Shown here: positions 22,815 to 33,118 of the stretch, piece by piece
Layout of the letters: the number at the start of each line of letters is the position of its first letter
Numbering within the stretch: position 1 is the first letter of the stretch
Assembly: GCA_046758005.1 (NCBI GenBank)
Contig: JBHHZJ010000003.1
Location: 4,469 to 68,468, forward strand
Reading direction: 5' to 3'
DNA: 64,000 bases
DNA from: Kiloniellaceae bacterium
GTDB lineage: Bacteria; Pseudomonadota; Alphaproteobacteria; Kiloniellales; J153
The notes under the pieces: generated by a model
The model's database searches: none
What the model saw: the letters and a program-made list of their open reading frames with translations, nothing else
Told to the model about the DNA's origin: nothing
Translations under genes and position numbers: made by a program

Positions 22815-25019
22815 ATGAGAATATCCAAGGTTCGCCGAATCGCCCTTGTCTGTTTGATTTGCGCGTTCGGCGCCTGGAGCCCGCACGCGGCGCAGAGCCG
22901 GCCCCCGGAGCCTCAAGCGAGCCCGCCCTCTCGAACTCCGCCGCCGCAGGAGGGGACGGAAAGGCGCGTCGCGCTGGTGATCGGCAATGCGGACTACGGC
23001 GAGCAGTCGCTCGCCAACCCGGTCAACGACGCGCGCGCCATGGCCCGGGCCCTGGAGGCGCTCGGCTTCGAGGTGCTGTTGCGCGAGGACGCGAGCCGGG
23101 CGGCCATGGAGGGCGCGCTCGACTCGTTCGCTCGGCGCCTGGTCGGCGGCGGCGTGGGCCTGTTCTATTACGCCGGGCACGGGGCCCGGATGGGCGGGGT
23201 CGGTTATCTGGTCCCTGTGGACGCCGATCTATCGTCCGAGGAATCGCTGCGTAACCACGCGCTGGCCATCAACCGCGTACTGGACGCGATGTCGGGAGCA
23301 GGCTCCGACGGGGCGAAGGTCGTCGTGCTCGACGCCTGCGGGAACAATCCCTTCGCCGCGCGCGGCGAGGGATCCCCCGGCGGGTTGGGGCCCGTGGCCG
23401 CCCCGCCCGGCTTCCTGATCGCCCATGCGACCGCGCCCGGCGCGATCGCCGAGGACGGCCGGGGCGCGAACGGGGTTTACACGGGCGCGCTCCTGCGCGC
23501 CCTGTCGGTGCCCGGCCTGCGCATCGAGGACGTGTTCGAGCGGGCGCGGGTCGCGGTCGACGCGTTGACCGCGGGGCGGCAGACGCCCTGGACGGTGTCG
23601 TCGCTGTCGGCGGAGTACCGTTTGACCCCACCTTCCGCGCGCCTCCGGCTCGCGCAGCGCGCCGCGCGGCCGTTCGCGCGGACGGCGTTGGCCGCCTCGC
23701 AGGGCCGCGGCATCCGCAGCTCCCGCGAGTCGCAGGCCGCCGAGTTGGCCTTCTGGGAATCGATCAAGGACAGCACCAACCCGGCCGAGTACGAGGCCTA
23801 CCTCAAGGCGTTTCCGAACGGGACCTTTGCGCCCCTGGCGCGGGCCCGGATCAAGATTTACGGCGACGCAGAGCCGATCCGGCGGGAGGCGCCCCCGCAG
23901 GCGCCGCCCCAGGCCGTGCCCAAGGCCGCCGCGCCGGCCTCGCCGGTCATCGACAAGGTGACCGGGACCTTCATCGCCCGGAGCAATTCCAACGTCCGGG
24001 AGAGGCCATCGACCGCCTCTCGGAACGTGGGATATCTGAAGGGCGGCAACCGCGTGGACGTGCTCGGCCGCGTGCGCGACAAGAACTGGTACCAAGTGCG
24101 AACCGAAACCGGCGCGACCGGGTATGTCGCGGGAAGGCTGATCGAAGAGGTGGCCCAGCTGCCGGCGCCGAAGGTCGCCAAACCAGCGAAACAGGCCCCT
24201 CCCAGCAAGAGGAAGGGTTCCGTGGCGGCGGTGACGCCGCCGAGCCGCCCGGCCGTCGAGTCGCCGGCCAAGCCGGCGGTCGGCCTGTTCCCGTCTCCGG
24301 CCGGGGAGGCGTTTCGCGACTGTCCGGAGTGCCCGGAGATGGTGAAGCTGCCGCCCGGGAGCTTCCGGATGGGCGCCCGCACCGGGGACGGGAGCGAGCG
24401 GCCGGTGCACACGGTCACGATTCGCCGCCCCTTCGCCATCGGGCGTTACGAGGTCACCCACGCGCAGTGGATGGCGTGTGTCGCCGCCTCCGGCTGCAGC
24501 TACACGCCGAAGGCCGCCGCGACGCCCGAACGCACGGCGATCCGCAATCTGAGTTGGGACGACGCCCAGGAGTACGTGCGCTGGCTCAGCAAGAAGACCG
24601 GCCGAGCCTATCGGCTGCCGAGCGAGGCGGAATGGGAATATGCGGCGCGGGCGGGCACGAAGACCGAATACTGGTGGGGCGACGCGGTCGGCAAGAACAA
24701 GGCGAACTGCAAGAACTGCGGCGGCCCGTGGAGCCGTAAGGGGCCCGCCTATGTCGGCACGTACGAGCCCAACCCGTACGGCCTGCACGACATGAACGGC
24801 GGCGTCTCCGAATGGACCCAAGACTGCTGGTACAGGTCGCATGAGCGCGCGCCCACCGACGGCTCCGCGCGGGAGATCCCCGGCTGCCAGCAGCGTGTCC
24901 TGCGCGGGGGATCCTGGCGCAACGACGCCGGCTACCTGCGCTCCGCCGCCCGTCTGTTCTATGACTCCGGCGTGCGTTACTTGGTGAACGGCTTCCGGGT
25001 CGCCGCGAGCGTGAAGTGA
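22815..25019 (+). CDS. Secreted caspase-family (peptidase C14) protein fused to a bacterial SH3 domain and a C-terminal FGE/SUMF1-like domain
   Basis: Signal peptide MRISKVRRIALVCLICAFGAWSPHAAQS. C14 dyad contexts LFYYAGHGA and VVVLDACGNNPF. SH3b-like NVGYLKGGNRVDVLGRVRDKNWYQVRTETGATGYVAGRLI. FGE-like FRDCPECPEMVKLPPGSFRMG...YRLPSEAEWEYAARAG...RVLRGGSW. Confidence 0.8.
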   Translation: MRISKVRRIALVCLICAFGAWSPHAAQSRPPEPQASPPSRTPPPQEGTERRVALVIGNADYGEQSLANPVNDARAMARALEALGFEVLLREDASRAAMEGALDSFARRLVGGGVGLFYYAGHGARMGGVGYLVPVDADLSSEESLRNHALAINRVLDAMSGAGSDGAKVVVLDACGNNPFAARGEGSPGGLGPVAAPPGFLIAHATAPGAIAEDGRGANGVYTGALLRALSVPGLRIEDVFERARVAVDALTAGRQTPWTVSSLSAEYRLTPPSARLRLAQRAARPFARTALAASQGRGIRSSRESQAAELAFWESIKDSTNPAEYEAYLKAFPNGTFAPLARARIKIYGDAEPIRREAPPQAPPQAVPKAAAPASPVIDKVTGTFIARSNSNVRERPSTASRNVGYLKGGNRVDVLGRVRDKNWYQVRTETGATGYVAGRLIEEVAQLPAPKVAKPAKQAPPSKRKGSVAAVTPPSRPAVESPAKPAVGLFPSPAGEAFRDCPECPEMVKLPPGSFRMGARTGDGSERPVHTVTIRRPFAIGRYEVTHAQWMACVAASGCSYTPKAAATPERTAIRNLSWDDAQEYVRWLSKKTGRAYRLPSEAEWEYAARAGTKTEYWWGDAVGKNKANCKNCGGPWSRKGPAYVGTYEPNPYGLHDMNGGVSEWTQDCWYRSHERAPTDGSAREIPGCQQRVLRGGSWRNDAGYLRSAARLFYDSGVRYLVNGFRVAASVK

Positions 25020-25092
25020 GGCCGCGGCCCGGCCGGCGCCGCGGTCCGTCTCCGCAGTGCGAACGCCGCCGGGCCGATCCGCGCGTCCGCCG

Positions 25093-25521
25093 CTACGGCG
25101 CCACGACCGTGATGGTTATCCTCTTCGACATGACCGGCGGGTTGTGCGGAATGTGCTCGGCATCGCCCATCAGAAGCTGCAGCGTATGCCGGCCCGGCGG
25201 CAGCTCGATCACGGTCTGCGTCTGGCCGGCGCCGAAATGCAGATGGTTCTTGTCGGCCGGGATGTCCTGGTCGAGCGGCGGTACCTCGGTGTCGATCAGC
25301 AGGTGGTGATGGCCCGTGTTGGGCTTGTTGATGCCCGCAGGGGCGACGCCCATGTGCCGGAGACCGAACCACACCGGGAACCGGCGGGCCCTGATGATCT
25401 CGCCGTCGTTGGGCCATCCGATATAGATATAGGCATTCTTCGGCGCTGGCGTTTCGCCGGCGGCCGCCGGTTGGACGAAGAAGCAGATCCCGAGAAGGGC
25501 GCCTGCGAGGAGTTTGTACAT
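25093..25521 (-). CDS. DUF4399 domain periplasmic protein (His-rich), paralog 1
   Basis: Start at the ATG at 25521 (MYKLLAGALLGICFFVQPAAA signal peptide). Motifs TGHHHLLID, IPADKNHLHFGAGQT, GRHTLQLLMGDAEHIPH. Confidence 0.7.
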   Translation of the reverse strand: MYKLLAGALLGICFFVQPAAAGETPAPKNAYIYIGWPNDGEIIRARRFPVWFGLRHMGVAPAGINKPNTGHHHLLIDTEVPPLDQDIPADKNHLHFGAGQTQTVIELPPGRHTLQLLMGDAEHIPHNPPVMSKRITITVVAP

Positions 25522-25688
25522 TTGTCTCGAGCCCCCAGATGAGTGAAGTTCGGCCTTGGCGACCGCGGCCGGATCGGCGGTCCTGCGCGGGTCGCCGAGG
25601 CGCCGAGCTAGAGGTGATGCGCCCGCCAACGCTCCGCTCCGGCGAACGGCGCGGAAAAACGCCGCGGATGCGGTCGGGATGACCGGCG

Positions 25689-26120
25689 TCAAGGCACGAC
25701 CACCGTAATCCGCCCGGAATAGAGCGGCGGGTTATGCGGGATGTGGTCGTGATCCCCCATCAGAAGCTGGAGCGTGTGCCGCCCCGGCGACAGTTCGATC
25801 CGGGCCTCGGTCTGGCCGCCGCCGAAGTGCAGGTGGTTCTTGTCGGCCGGGATGTCCTCGTCGAACGGCGGAAGCTCCGCGTCGATGATCAGGTGATGAT
25901 GCCCGGTCTTGGGCTTGATGACCCCGGCGGGGGCCACGCCGATGTTGCGCGCGCCCATCCGCACCCACAGCTTGCCGCCGTGGATGATTTCGCCGTCCTT
26001 GGGCCAGATGATCCAGACCTTGGCGCCCGGCGGCGCCGGCGTTTCCCCGGCCACGGCTGCGGCGGACCCGATTCCGGCCGCCATGATCGCCGAGGCGATG
26101 AAATGTGATAATCGCTGCAT
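25689..26120 (-). CDS. DUF4399 domain periplasmic protein (His-rich), paralog 2
   Basis: AAGGAGGA RBS and a signal peptide. Same motifs: TGHHHLIID, IPADKNHLHFGGGQT, GRHTLQLLMGDHDHIPH. Substantial nucleotide similarity to paralog 1, judged by eye over the shared motif blocks. Confidence 0.7.
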   Translation of the reverse strand: MQRLSHFIASAIMAAGIGSAAAVAGETPAPPGAKVWIIWPKDGEIIHGGKLWVRMGARNIGVAPAGVIKPKTGHHHLIIDAELPPFDEDIPADKNHLHFGGGQTEARIELSPGRHTLQLLMGDHDHIPHNPPLYSGRITVVVP

Positions 26121-26384
26121 GCGAACCCCCCAGATCCTCCTTTAGTTTTCGAATGAGCGATCATTAACACAGGTTGCGCGGCAGTCACACCCGTACGGCT
26201 TCGGCCGCTGGGCCAAATCGGGGATCCGGGATCGCGATCCGCCGGTGTCGGCCCAACGGTTCACCGTTGCGGCCACAACGCCGCTGGACGCGGTGCGCCT
26301 CCGCCGCGGTCCGCCGCGGCGCGCCGCTGCCCCGGGCCGGCAGGCTCCTCACGGGACAGAAAGTGAAAAGGCCGCACGCGCCGG

Positions 26385-27989
<1,605 letters not shown>

Positions 27990-28044
27990 GGCTAGCCTGA
28001 CTGTGGTTTGCCGGGCCCAGGGCCCGGAGAAGTCGCCCGCGGCC

Positions 28045-28818
28045 CTACCCGGCGTCCGCCCGCCGCGCGTGGACAACGATCGCGGTCACGTTGTCCCGCG
28101 CGCCCTTATCCAAGGCCCGCTGCAGCAACGACTGGACGGCCTGCCGGCAATCCTGGCGTTCGAGGATCAGGGCGATTTCCTCGTCCGGCAGGACCTTGTT
28201 CAAGCCGTCGCTGCAAAGCAGGTAGATGTCTCCGTCCGCCAGTTCGTGCCCGATCGCGTCGACGATCAGATCGTCCATGGCGCCGACCGCGCGCGTGATC
28301 ACGTTCCCCGCCGGGTGGGACGCGGCCTCGGAGCGGTTCAACAAGCCGAGCTTGATCAGTTCCTCGACCTGGGAGTGATCCTGGGTCAGCTGGCGGAACA
28401 GGCCGCCGCGCAACAGGTACACCCGGCTGTCGCCGGCCCATAGACAGATGCCTTCGCTCCGGTAGCCGATGAGGACAGCCACCGTGCTGCCGACGACCCC
28501 GCCCCTGGCGTGCGTGGCGGCGTAATCGCGCAGACGCCTGTTCACCGACTGCAGGCGCACGTCCACTTCGTCGAGCAGAGCATCGCGGCCGGTCGGCGGC
28601 GGGACGGAACGAAGCGCCTCGACGATCATGCGGCTGGCGAAGTCGCCCGCTTCGTGGCCGCCCATGCCGTCGGCGACCGCCCACAGGCCCACCTCTGGGC
28701 CGATCCCGGGAAGGTCCACGTAGGCGTCCTCGTTGACTTTGCGCACCGTGCCGACGTGGGTGCCGCTCGCAGAGTGCCAATGGAAGGGCGCGCCCGTATC
28801 GATCATCGGGCCGGACAC
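28045..28818 (-). CDS. PP2C-family Ser/Thr phosphatase (PppA-like by context)
   Basis: HVGTVRKVNEDAY, WAVADGMGGHEAGDFAS, LLCSDGLNKVL, DNVTAIVV. Confidence 0.85.
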   Translation of the reverse strand: MSGPMIDTGAPFHWHSASGTHVGTVRKVNEDAYVDLPGIGPEVGLWAVADGMGGHEAGDFASRMIVEALRSVPPPTGRDALLDEVDVRLQSVNRRLRDYAATHARGGVVGSTVAVLIGYRSEGICLWAGDSRVYLLRGGLFRQLTQDHSQVEELIKLGLLNRSEAASHPAGNVITRAVGAMDDLIVDAIGHELADGDIYLLCSDGLNKVLPDEEIALILERQDCRQAVQSLLQRALDKGARDNVTAIVVHARRADAG

Positions 28819-29469
28819 CCGCGGCGGCAGGGCGCGTGCGCGCGCGCGCCGACGCGCGCACGCTCCGATCGCCGGGTATTTCGTGGAGACGCAAGCGCGG
28901 CCTCACCATTGCGCGGCCGTTCGCTCAAGCAGGGTCCGGGTGGCAAAAGGGCCAAGACGTGTCACCGCGCGCGTCGTTAACTAGGCCGATTGCTTGGCAA
29001 ATTCTAACCGACCGCCGAGTGCGGCGCGACCATCTATTCCGCACAACGGCCCCGCGGCGAAGCCGCCGCACCGGCGCGGTGCGCGCCCCTGATCCGGCCC
29101 CGGCCGCGCCCGGTAAGGATCCGCGACCGGCGGCGCCCGCGTCCCCATGTAGATTGACGATTTCCTAATAACTGGTACAGTTTCGATAGGCCCGTGACAC
29201 GATCGAGAGATTGACCCTAAATCACTGTAATAATTAAGGTTAATCCGGTCGGGTCCGAGGGCGGGTATGGTTGGGGAACCGAACCCAGCGGCAGGCGTCC
29301 GCGAAATCGGACGCGAACAAGCCCTTCGTCGGCTTCGTCGGCGCGCGCCCGCCATTGACGCACAGGGGCGGGAGCGGGCGGCGGTCGGGTCGGTTGGGCT
29401 CGAAGCGCATCGGGCCGTTCGGCGTTGGGCGTTCGCGGTTGGGGTGTTGGGCGCGAGGGAGGTTAGGCC

Positions 29470-30981
29470 GTGCCTTTGACATTGCGGGTGAAGGGTTTCC
29501 TCGAGGCCTTGCCGCGCCAACAGGCGTCGGCAACGCTCGATCGGGGCGCCCTGACCATCGGCCGCGGTGTGCAGAACGACCTGGTCCTGCCCGATCCGGA
29601 ACGGGTTATTTCCAAGCAGCAGTGCCGCGTGGAGTTCGTCGACGGCCGGTACCTGCTGACCGACACAAGCACGAACGGCGTCTATCTCAACGCCGCCGAC
29701 CGGCCGATCGGCCGCGGCAACTCGGTGTACCTGAAGGACGGCGACCAGCTTCGGATCAGCCACTACGAAATCCTGATCGGCGTCGGCCCCGAGGTCGAAG
29801 TGGCCGCCGCCGCGCCGCTCGGCGGCAAGGGCAAGCGGCCGCTCTCGGACACGCAGAGTCTACCGGGCGACGGCGATCCGCTGGACGACATCCTGCGCCC
29901 GGCGGGGCGCCCGGCGGAGCTCGACCCTCTGTCCGGGCCAGGTTCGATCGCCGAGCCGCCCGAGCCCCCGGCATACGATCAGCCGATCCCGCAGGATTCC
30001 GACATCTGGAGCGGCGGCGATCCGGTGTCGGAGCCGGCCGAGACGCCGGGCCTCCAGCCCGAGCACGTTCCCGCCCAGCAGGAGTTTTTCGAGCCGCCAA
30101 GGGCCGTCCCGGAAATACCCGAGGACTGGGACGAGGATTTGGCCGCGGAGCCAGGGCAACACGGCCCCGGCGCGCACGGCGCCGCGCCCGACCGGCCCGC
30201 GCCCGAGCCTGAGCCGGCGATTCCGCCCGCCGCGCAGGCGGTACCGCCCGCCCCCTTGCGCGCGGAGCCATCCGCGGCGCCGAGCGCGCCTGTCCGGACG
30301 GCCGATCCGACGCCCGCAGCGCCACGCGCGCCGCCGCCGCCCGTCGAGGCCCCGCACCCTGCGCGCGCCGCGCCCGCGGGCGCGGCGGCCGAGCCGGCCG
30401 CGCTGCGCGCGTTCCTGGCCGGCGCGGGGTTGGAGCACCTCGACATTCCCGACGCGCAAGCCGCCGAGGTCATGCAAGTGCTCGGCACCTTGTACCGGGA
30501 GGTCGTGCAGGGCCTGATGGACGTGCTGGCGGCGCGCAGCAGCATCAAGAACGAGTTCCGGCTGTCGCAGACCACGATCCAGCCGGTGGAGAACAATCCG
30601 CTGAAATTCTCGCTCGGCGTGGAGGACGCGATGATCGCGCTGCTCACGCGCCGGGGGCGCGGCTACTTGCCGCCGGTCCGGGCGATCCAGGAATCGTTCG
30701 ACGACATCAAGGCCCACCAGGTCGCCGTTCTGGCCGGCATGCAGGTCGCCCTGGCGGACCTGCTGCGCCGCTTCAATCCCAAGGCCCTCGAGGAACGACT
30801 GGAGCAGGACCGGGGCCTGAGCAACCTTCTGGGCGTGAAGAAGGCGCGCTACTGGGACGCGTTCGCCCAGATGTATCGGGATTTGGTCGTCGAAGCCGAG
30901 GACGACTTCCATAGCCTCTTCGGGCGCGAATTCGCGCGCGCCTACGAAGATCAGGTGCGGAAGCTCGGCAGACGACAATAA
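29470..30981 (+). CDS. tagH: Type VI secretion FHA-domain protein TagH (Fha)
   Basis: GTG start with GGGAGG RBS. N-terminal FHA (TIGRGVQNDLVLPDPERVISKQQCRV...TDTSTNGVYLN). Long Pro/Ala linker. Conserved TagH C-terminal domain (IKNEFRLSQTTIQPVENNPLKF). Confidence 0.85.
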   Translation: MPLTLRVKGFLEALPRQQASATLDRGALTIGRGVQNDLVLPDPERVISKQQCRVEFVDGRYLLTDTSTNGVYLNAADRPIGRGNSVYLKDGDQLRISHYEILIGVGPEVEVAAAAPLGGKGKRPLSDTQSLPGDGDPLDDILRPAGRPAELDPLSGPGSIAEPPEPPAYDQPIPQDSDIWSGGDPVSEPAETPGLQPEHVPAQQEFFEPPRAVPEIPEDWDEDLAAEPGQHGPGAHGAAPDRPAPEPEPAIPPAAQAVPPAPLRAEPSAAPSAPVRTADPTPAAPRAPPPPVEAPHPARAAPAGAAAEPAALRAFLAGAGLEHLDIPDAQAAEVMQVLGTLYREVVQGLMDVLAARSSIKNEFRLSQTTIQPVENNPLKFSLGVEDAMIALLTRRGRGYLPPVRAIQESFDDIKAHQVAVLAGMQVALADLLRRFNPKALEERLEQDRGLSNLLGVKKARYWDAFAQMYRDLVVEAEDDFHSLFGREFARAYEDQVRKLGRRQ

Positions 30982-31030
30982 CGGCCGCCCGGTGGCGGTA
31001 GACCGGAAGCAAGGGGGAGGGAGACGGGCT

Positions 31031-31549
31031 GTGCAAGACTACAAGCGGAACACCATTCGGTGCCTTTCGGCCTGCGCGATCGCCTTGACCGTCTCGGGGT
31101 GTCTGGCCGGCGCCGCCGGCAGCGTGGCCGGGAAGCTCATCGACAAGATGTTCGAGCCGTCGCCGACGCGCATGGAGGCCAAGATCGGAGCGTCCGAGGA
31201 CGTGAACCCGGACTATGACGGCCAACCCTCGCCGCTCGTCGTGCGGCTCTACGAACTGAAGTCGCCGACCTCTTTCAACAACGCGGCGTTCTTCGCCCTG
31301 TACGACAGCGACGTCGCCGCGTTGGGCGGCGACCTGCAGAACCGCGAGGAAATCGAGCTGCAGCCGGGCCAGGCGCTGGAGATCGAGCGCGAGCTCAAGC
31401 CGGAGACCCGTTACATCGGTGTAATGGCCGCCTACCGCGACATCGACAACGCGGCCTGGCGCGCGGTCCACGAGGTGGAGGAGGGGGCGACGGCCGAGCT
31501 GGCCATCGACTTCGCGCGCCTGAGCGTGACGATCACGGAAACGGACTAG
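31031..31549 (+). CDS. tssJ: Type VI secretion lipoprotein TssJ
   Basis: Lipobox LTVSGC. PSPLVVRLYELKSPTSFNNAAFFALY is typical of TssJ/VasD. The GTG at 31031 follows a GGGGGAGGGAG RBS; the ORF-track start at 30992 is possible. Confidence 0.8.
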   Translation: MQDYKRNTIRCLSACAIALTVSGCLAGAAGSVAGKLIDKMFEPSPTRMEAKIGASEDVNPDYDGQPSPLVVRLYELKSPTSFNNAAFFALYDSDVAALGGDLQNREEIELQPGQALEIERELKPETRYIGVMAAYRDIDNAAWRAVHEVEEGATAELAIDFARLSVTITETD

Positions 31550-31778
31550 GGCCGGTCTTCAAACCCGGATATGGCCGAGATGATTCAGATTTGGTCAATG
31601 GCTAGGGAGGGCGCGGAGGGGCGCCGGCGATGCGGGGCATCGTCAAGCCGTCACGACCGCATTTTGCTCAATTCCCAAGCACCCTTCGGGCGCCGCTCGG
31701 AACGGCGCCGATGCCGCGCCCTTGGGCGCATACGCCGCGCTCATATCGCTGCGCGCCGCAACACGCCCAGAGCCCTTG

Positions 31779-33113
31779 ATGTCACAGTACAATAAGGTTG
31801 TCTGGTCGGAGGGGATGTTCCTGCGTCCCCATCATTTCCAGCAACAGGACCGCTACTTCGAAAACCTCATCGGCCATTGCGCCACGGGCCAACGGCCCCA
31901 CGCCTGGGGGTTCTCCGAGCTCAAGATCGACCGCGAGCTGTTGCAAACCGGGAAGTTCGCGCTGGCGCAGTGCCGCGGCGTCACGCCCGACGGCACGCTG
32001 TTCAACCTGCCGGAGGAAGCCGACCTTCCCAAGCCCTTGGACCTGACCGAGGAGGTGGAGGACTGCACCGTGTTTCTGGCCTTGCCGTCGCGCGCCACGG
32101 CGAGCTCGGACGTGGACGTGGGCGACGTGGCCAACGGCACGGCCCGCTACCAGGTCCGCGAGTCGGAGGTGCGCGACAGCAGCGGGCGCAACGAAACCCT
32201 GGTGCCGATCCACGTCGGCCGCCTGCGGTTCCGGCTCATGCTCGAGTCCGAGGACCGGCGCGGCTACCATTGCCTGGGCCTGGCGCGGATCGTTCAGGTC
32301 GGCGCCGACAAGAGCGTCGTGTTCGACGAGGGGTACATTCCGCCCTGCATCGACTGCCAGGTTTCGCCGGGCCTCGGCGGCTTCCTCAACGAGTTGCTCG
32401 GCCTGCTGCACCAGCGTGGCGACAGCCTGGCCGGCCGGGTCTCGGAATCGGGCCGCGGCGGGGCGGCGGAGATCGCCGACTTCCTGCTGCTCCAGCTCGT
32501 CAACCGTTACGAGCCGTTGGTCGCCCACCTGGCGAAGCTCAGAGTCCTTCACCCGGAGGCGCTGTACCGGATGTTCTTGACGATGGCCGGCGAGCTGGCG
32601 ACCTTCGCCCTCGATGACAAGCGCCCGCCGGGTTTCTCCGAGTATCGGCACGATGCCCTGAAGGAGACGTTCGAGCCGGTCAAGGCGTCCCTGCGCCGCT
32701 CGCTGAGCATGGTTCTGGAACGCAACGCCATCGCGATCCCCCTCGACGAACGCAAGTACGGCATCCGGGTCGCCGAGTTGGCCGACCGCAGCCTGCTCAC
32801 GCAAGCCAGCTTCGTGCTCGCGGTCGGCGCCGACGTCCCCGCCGAGCGGCTGCGCGGGACCTTCCCGGGCCAGGTGAAGATCGGGCCGGTGGAGAAGATT
32901 CGGGAGCTGGTGAACCTGGCGCTTCCGGGCATCCCGCTGTCGCCGCTGCCCGCGGCGCCGCGCCAGATCCCCTATCACGCGGGGGTGACCTATTTCCAAC
33001 TGGATACCAGCCACGCCTTCTGGAAACAGCTTCAGCAGTCCGGCGGCCTGGCGTTCCACGTCTCCGGAAAGTATCCGGATCTCGAGATGACGTTCTGGGC
33101 AATCAAAAAGTAG
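31779..33113 (+). CDS. tssK: Type VI secretion baseplate protein TssK
   Basis: MSQYNKVVWSEGMFLRPHHFQQQDRYFENLI is the canonical TssK N-terminus. Confidence 0.9.
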   Translation: MSQYNKVVWSEGMFLRPHHFQQQDRYFENLIGHCATGQRPHAWGFSELKIDRELLQTGKFALAQCRGVTPDGTLFNLPEEADLPKPLDLTEEVEDCTVFLALPSRATASSDVDVGDVANGTARYQVRESEVRDSSGRNETLVPIHVGRLRFRLMLESEDRRGYHCLGLARIVQVGADKSVVFDEGYIPPCIDCQVSPGLGGFLNELLGLLHQRGDSLAGRVSESGRGGAAEIADFLLLQLVNRYEPLVAHLAKLRVLHPEALYRMFLTMAGELATFALDDKRPPGFSEYRHDALKETFEPVKASLRRSLSMVLERNAIAIPLDERKYGIRVAELADRSLLTQASFVLAVGADVPAERLRGTFPGQVKIGPVEKIRELVNLALPGIPLSPLPAAPRQIPYHAGVTYFQLDTSHAFWKQLQQSGGLAFHVSGKYPDLEMTFWAIKK

Positions 33114-33118
33114 GCGCC

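Noticed and set aside
24290-25019. Calling the C-terminal domain of the caspase protein a functional formylglycine-generating enzyme / sulfatase maturase
   Set aside because: The catalytic Cys pair region is replaced by WRNDAGYLRS, and no sulfatase gene is nearby.
28990-29010. TTGGCAAATTCTAACC and, at 29172, TGGTACAGTTTCGAT as possible sigma-54 promoters for the tagH operon
   Set aside because: The GG-N10-GC spacing is not satisfied: no GC or TGC lies at the -12 position.
29231-29247. Second TTAAGGTTAA-like sequence as a CtrA box
   Set aside because: There is no second TTAA half-site at N7 spacing. Only the 16337-16352 site fits TTAA-N7-TTAAC.
31571-31795. 74-aa ORF in the tssJ-tssK spacer (also the small ORFs in the 46080-46310 and 51492-51890 spacers)
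   Set aside because: The products are Arg-rich and low complexity, with no RBS. They were treated as non-coding spacer.
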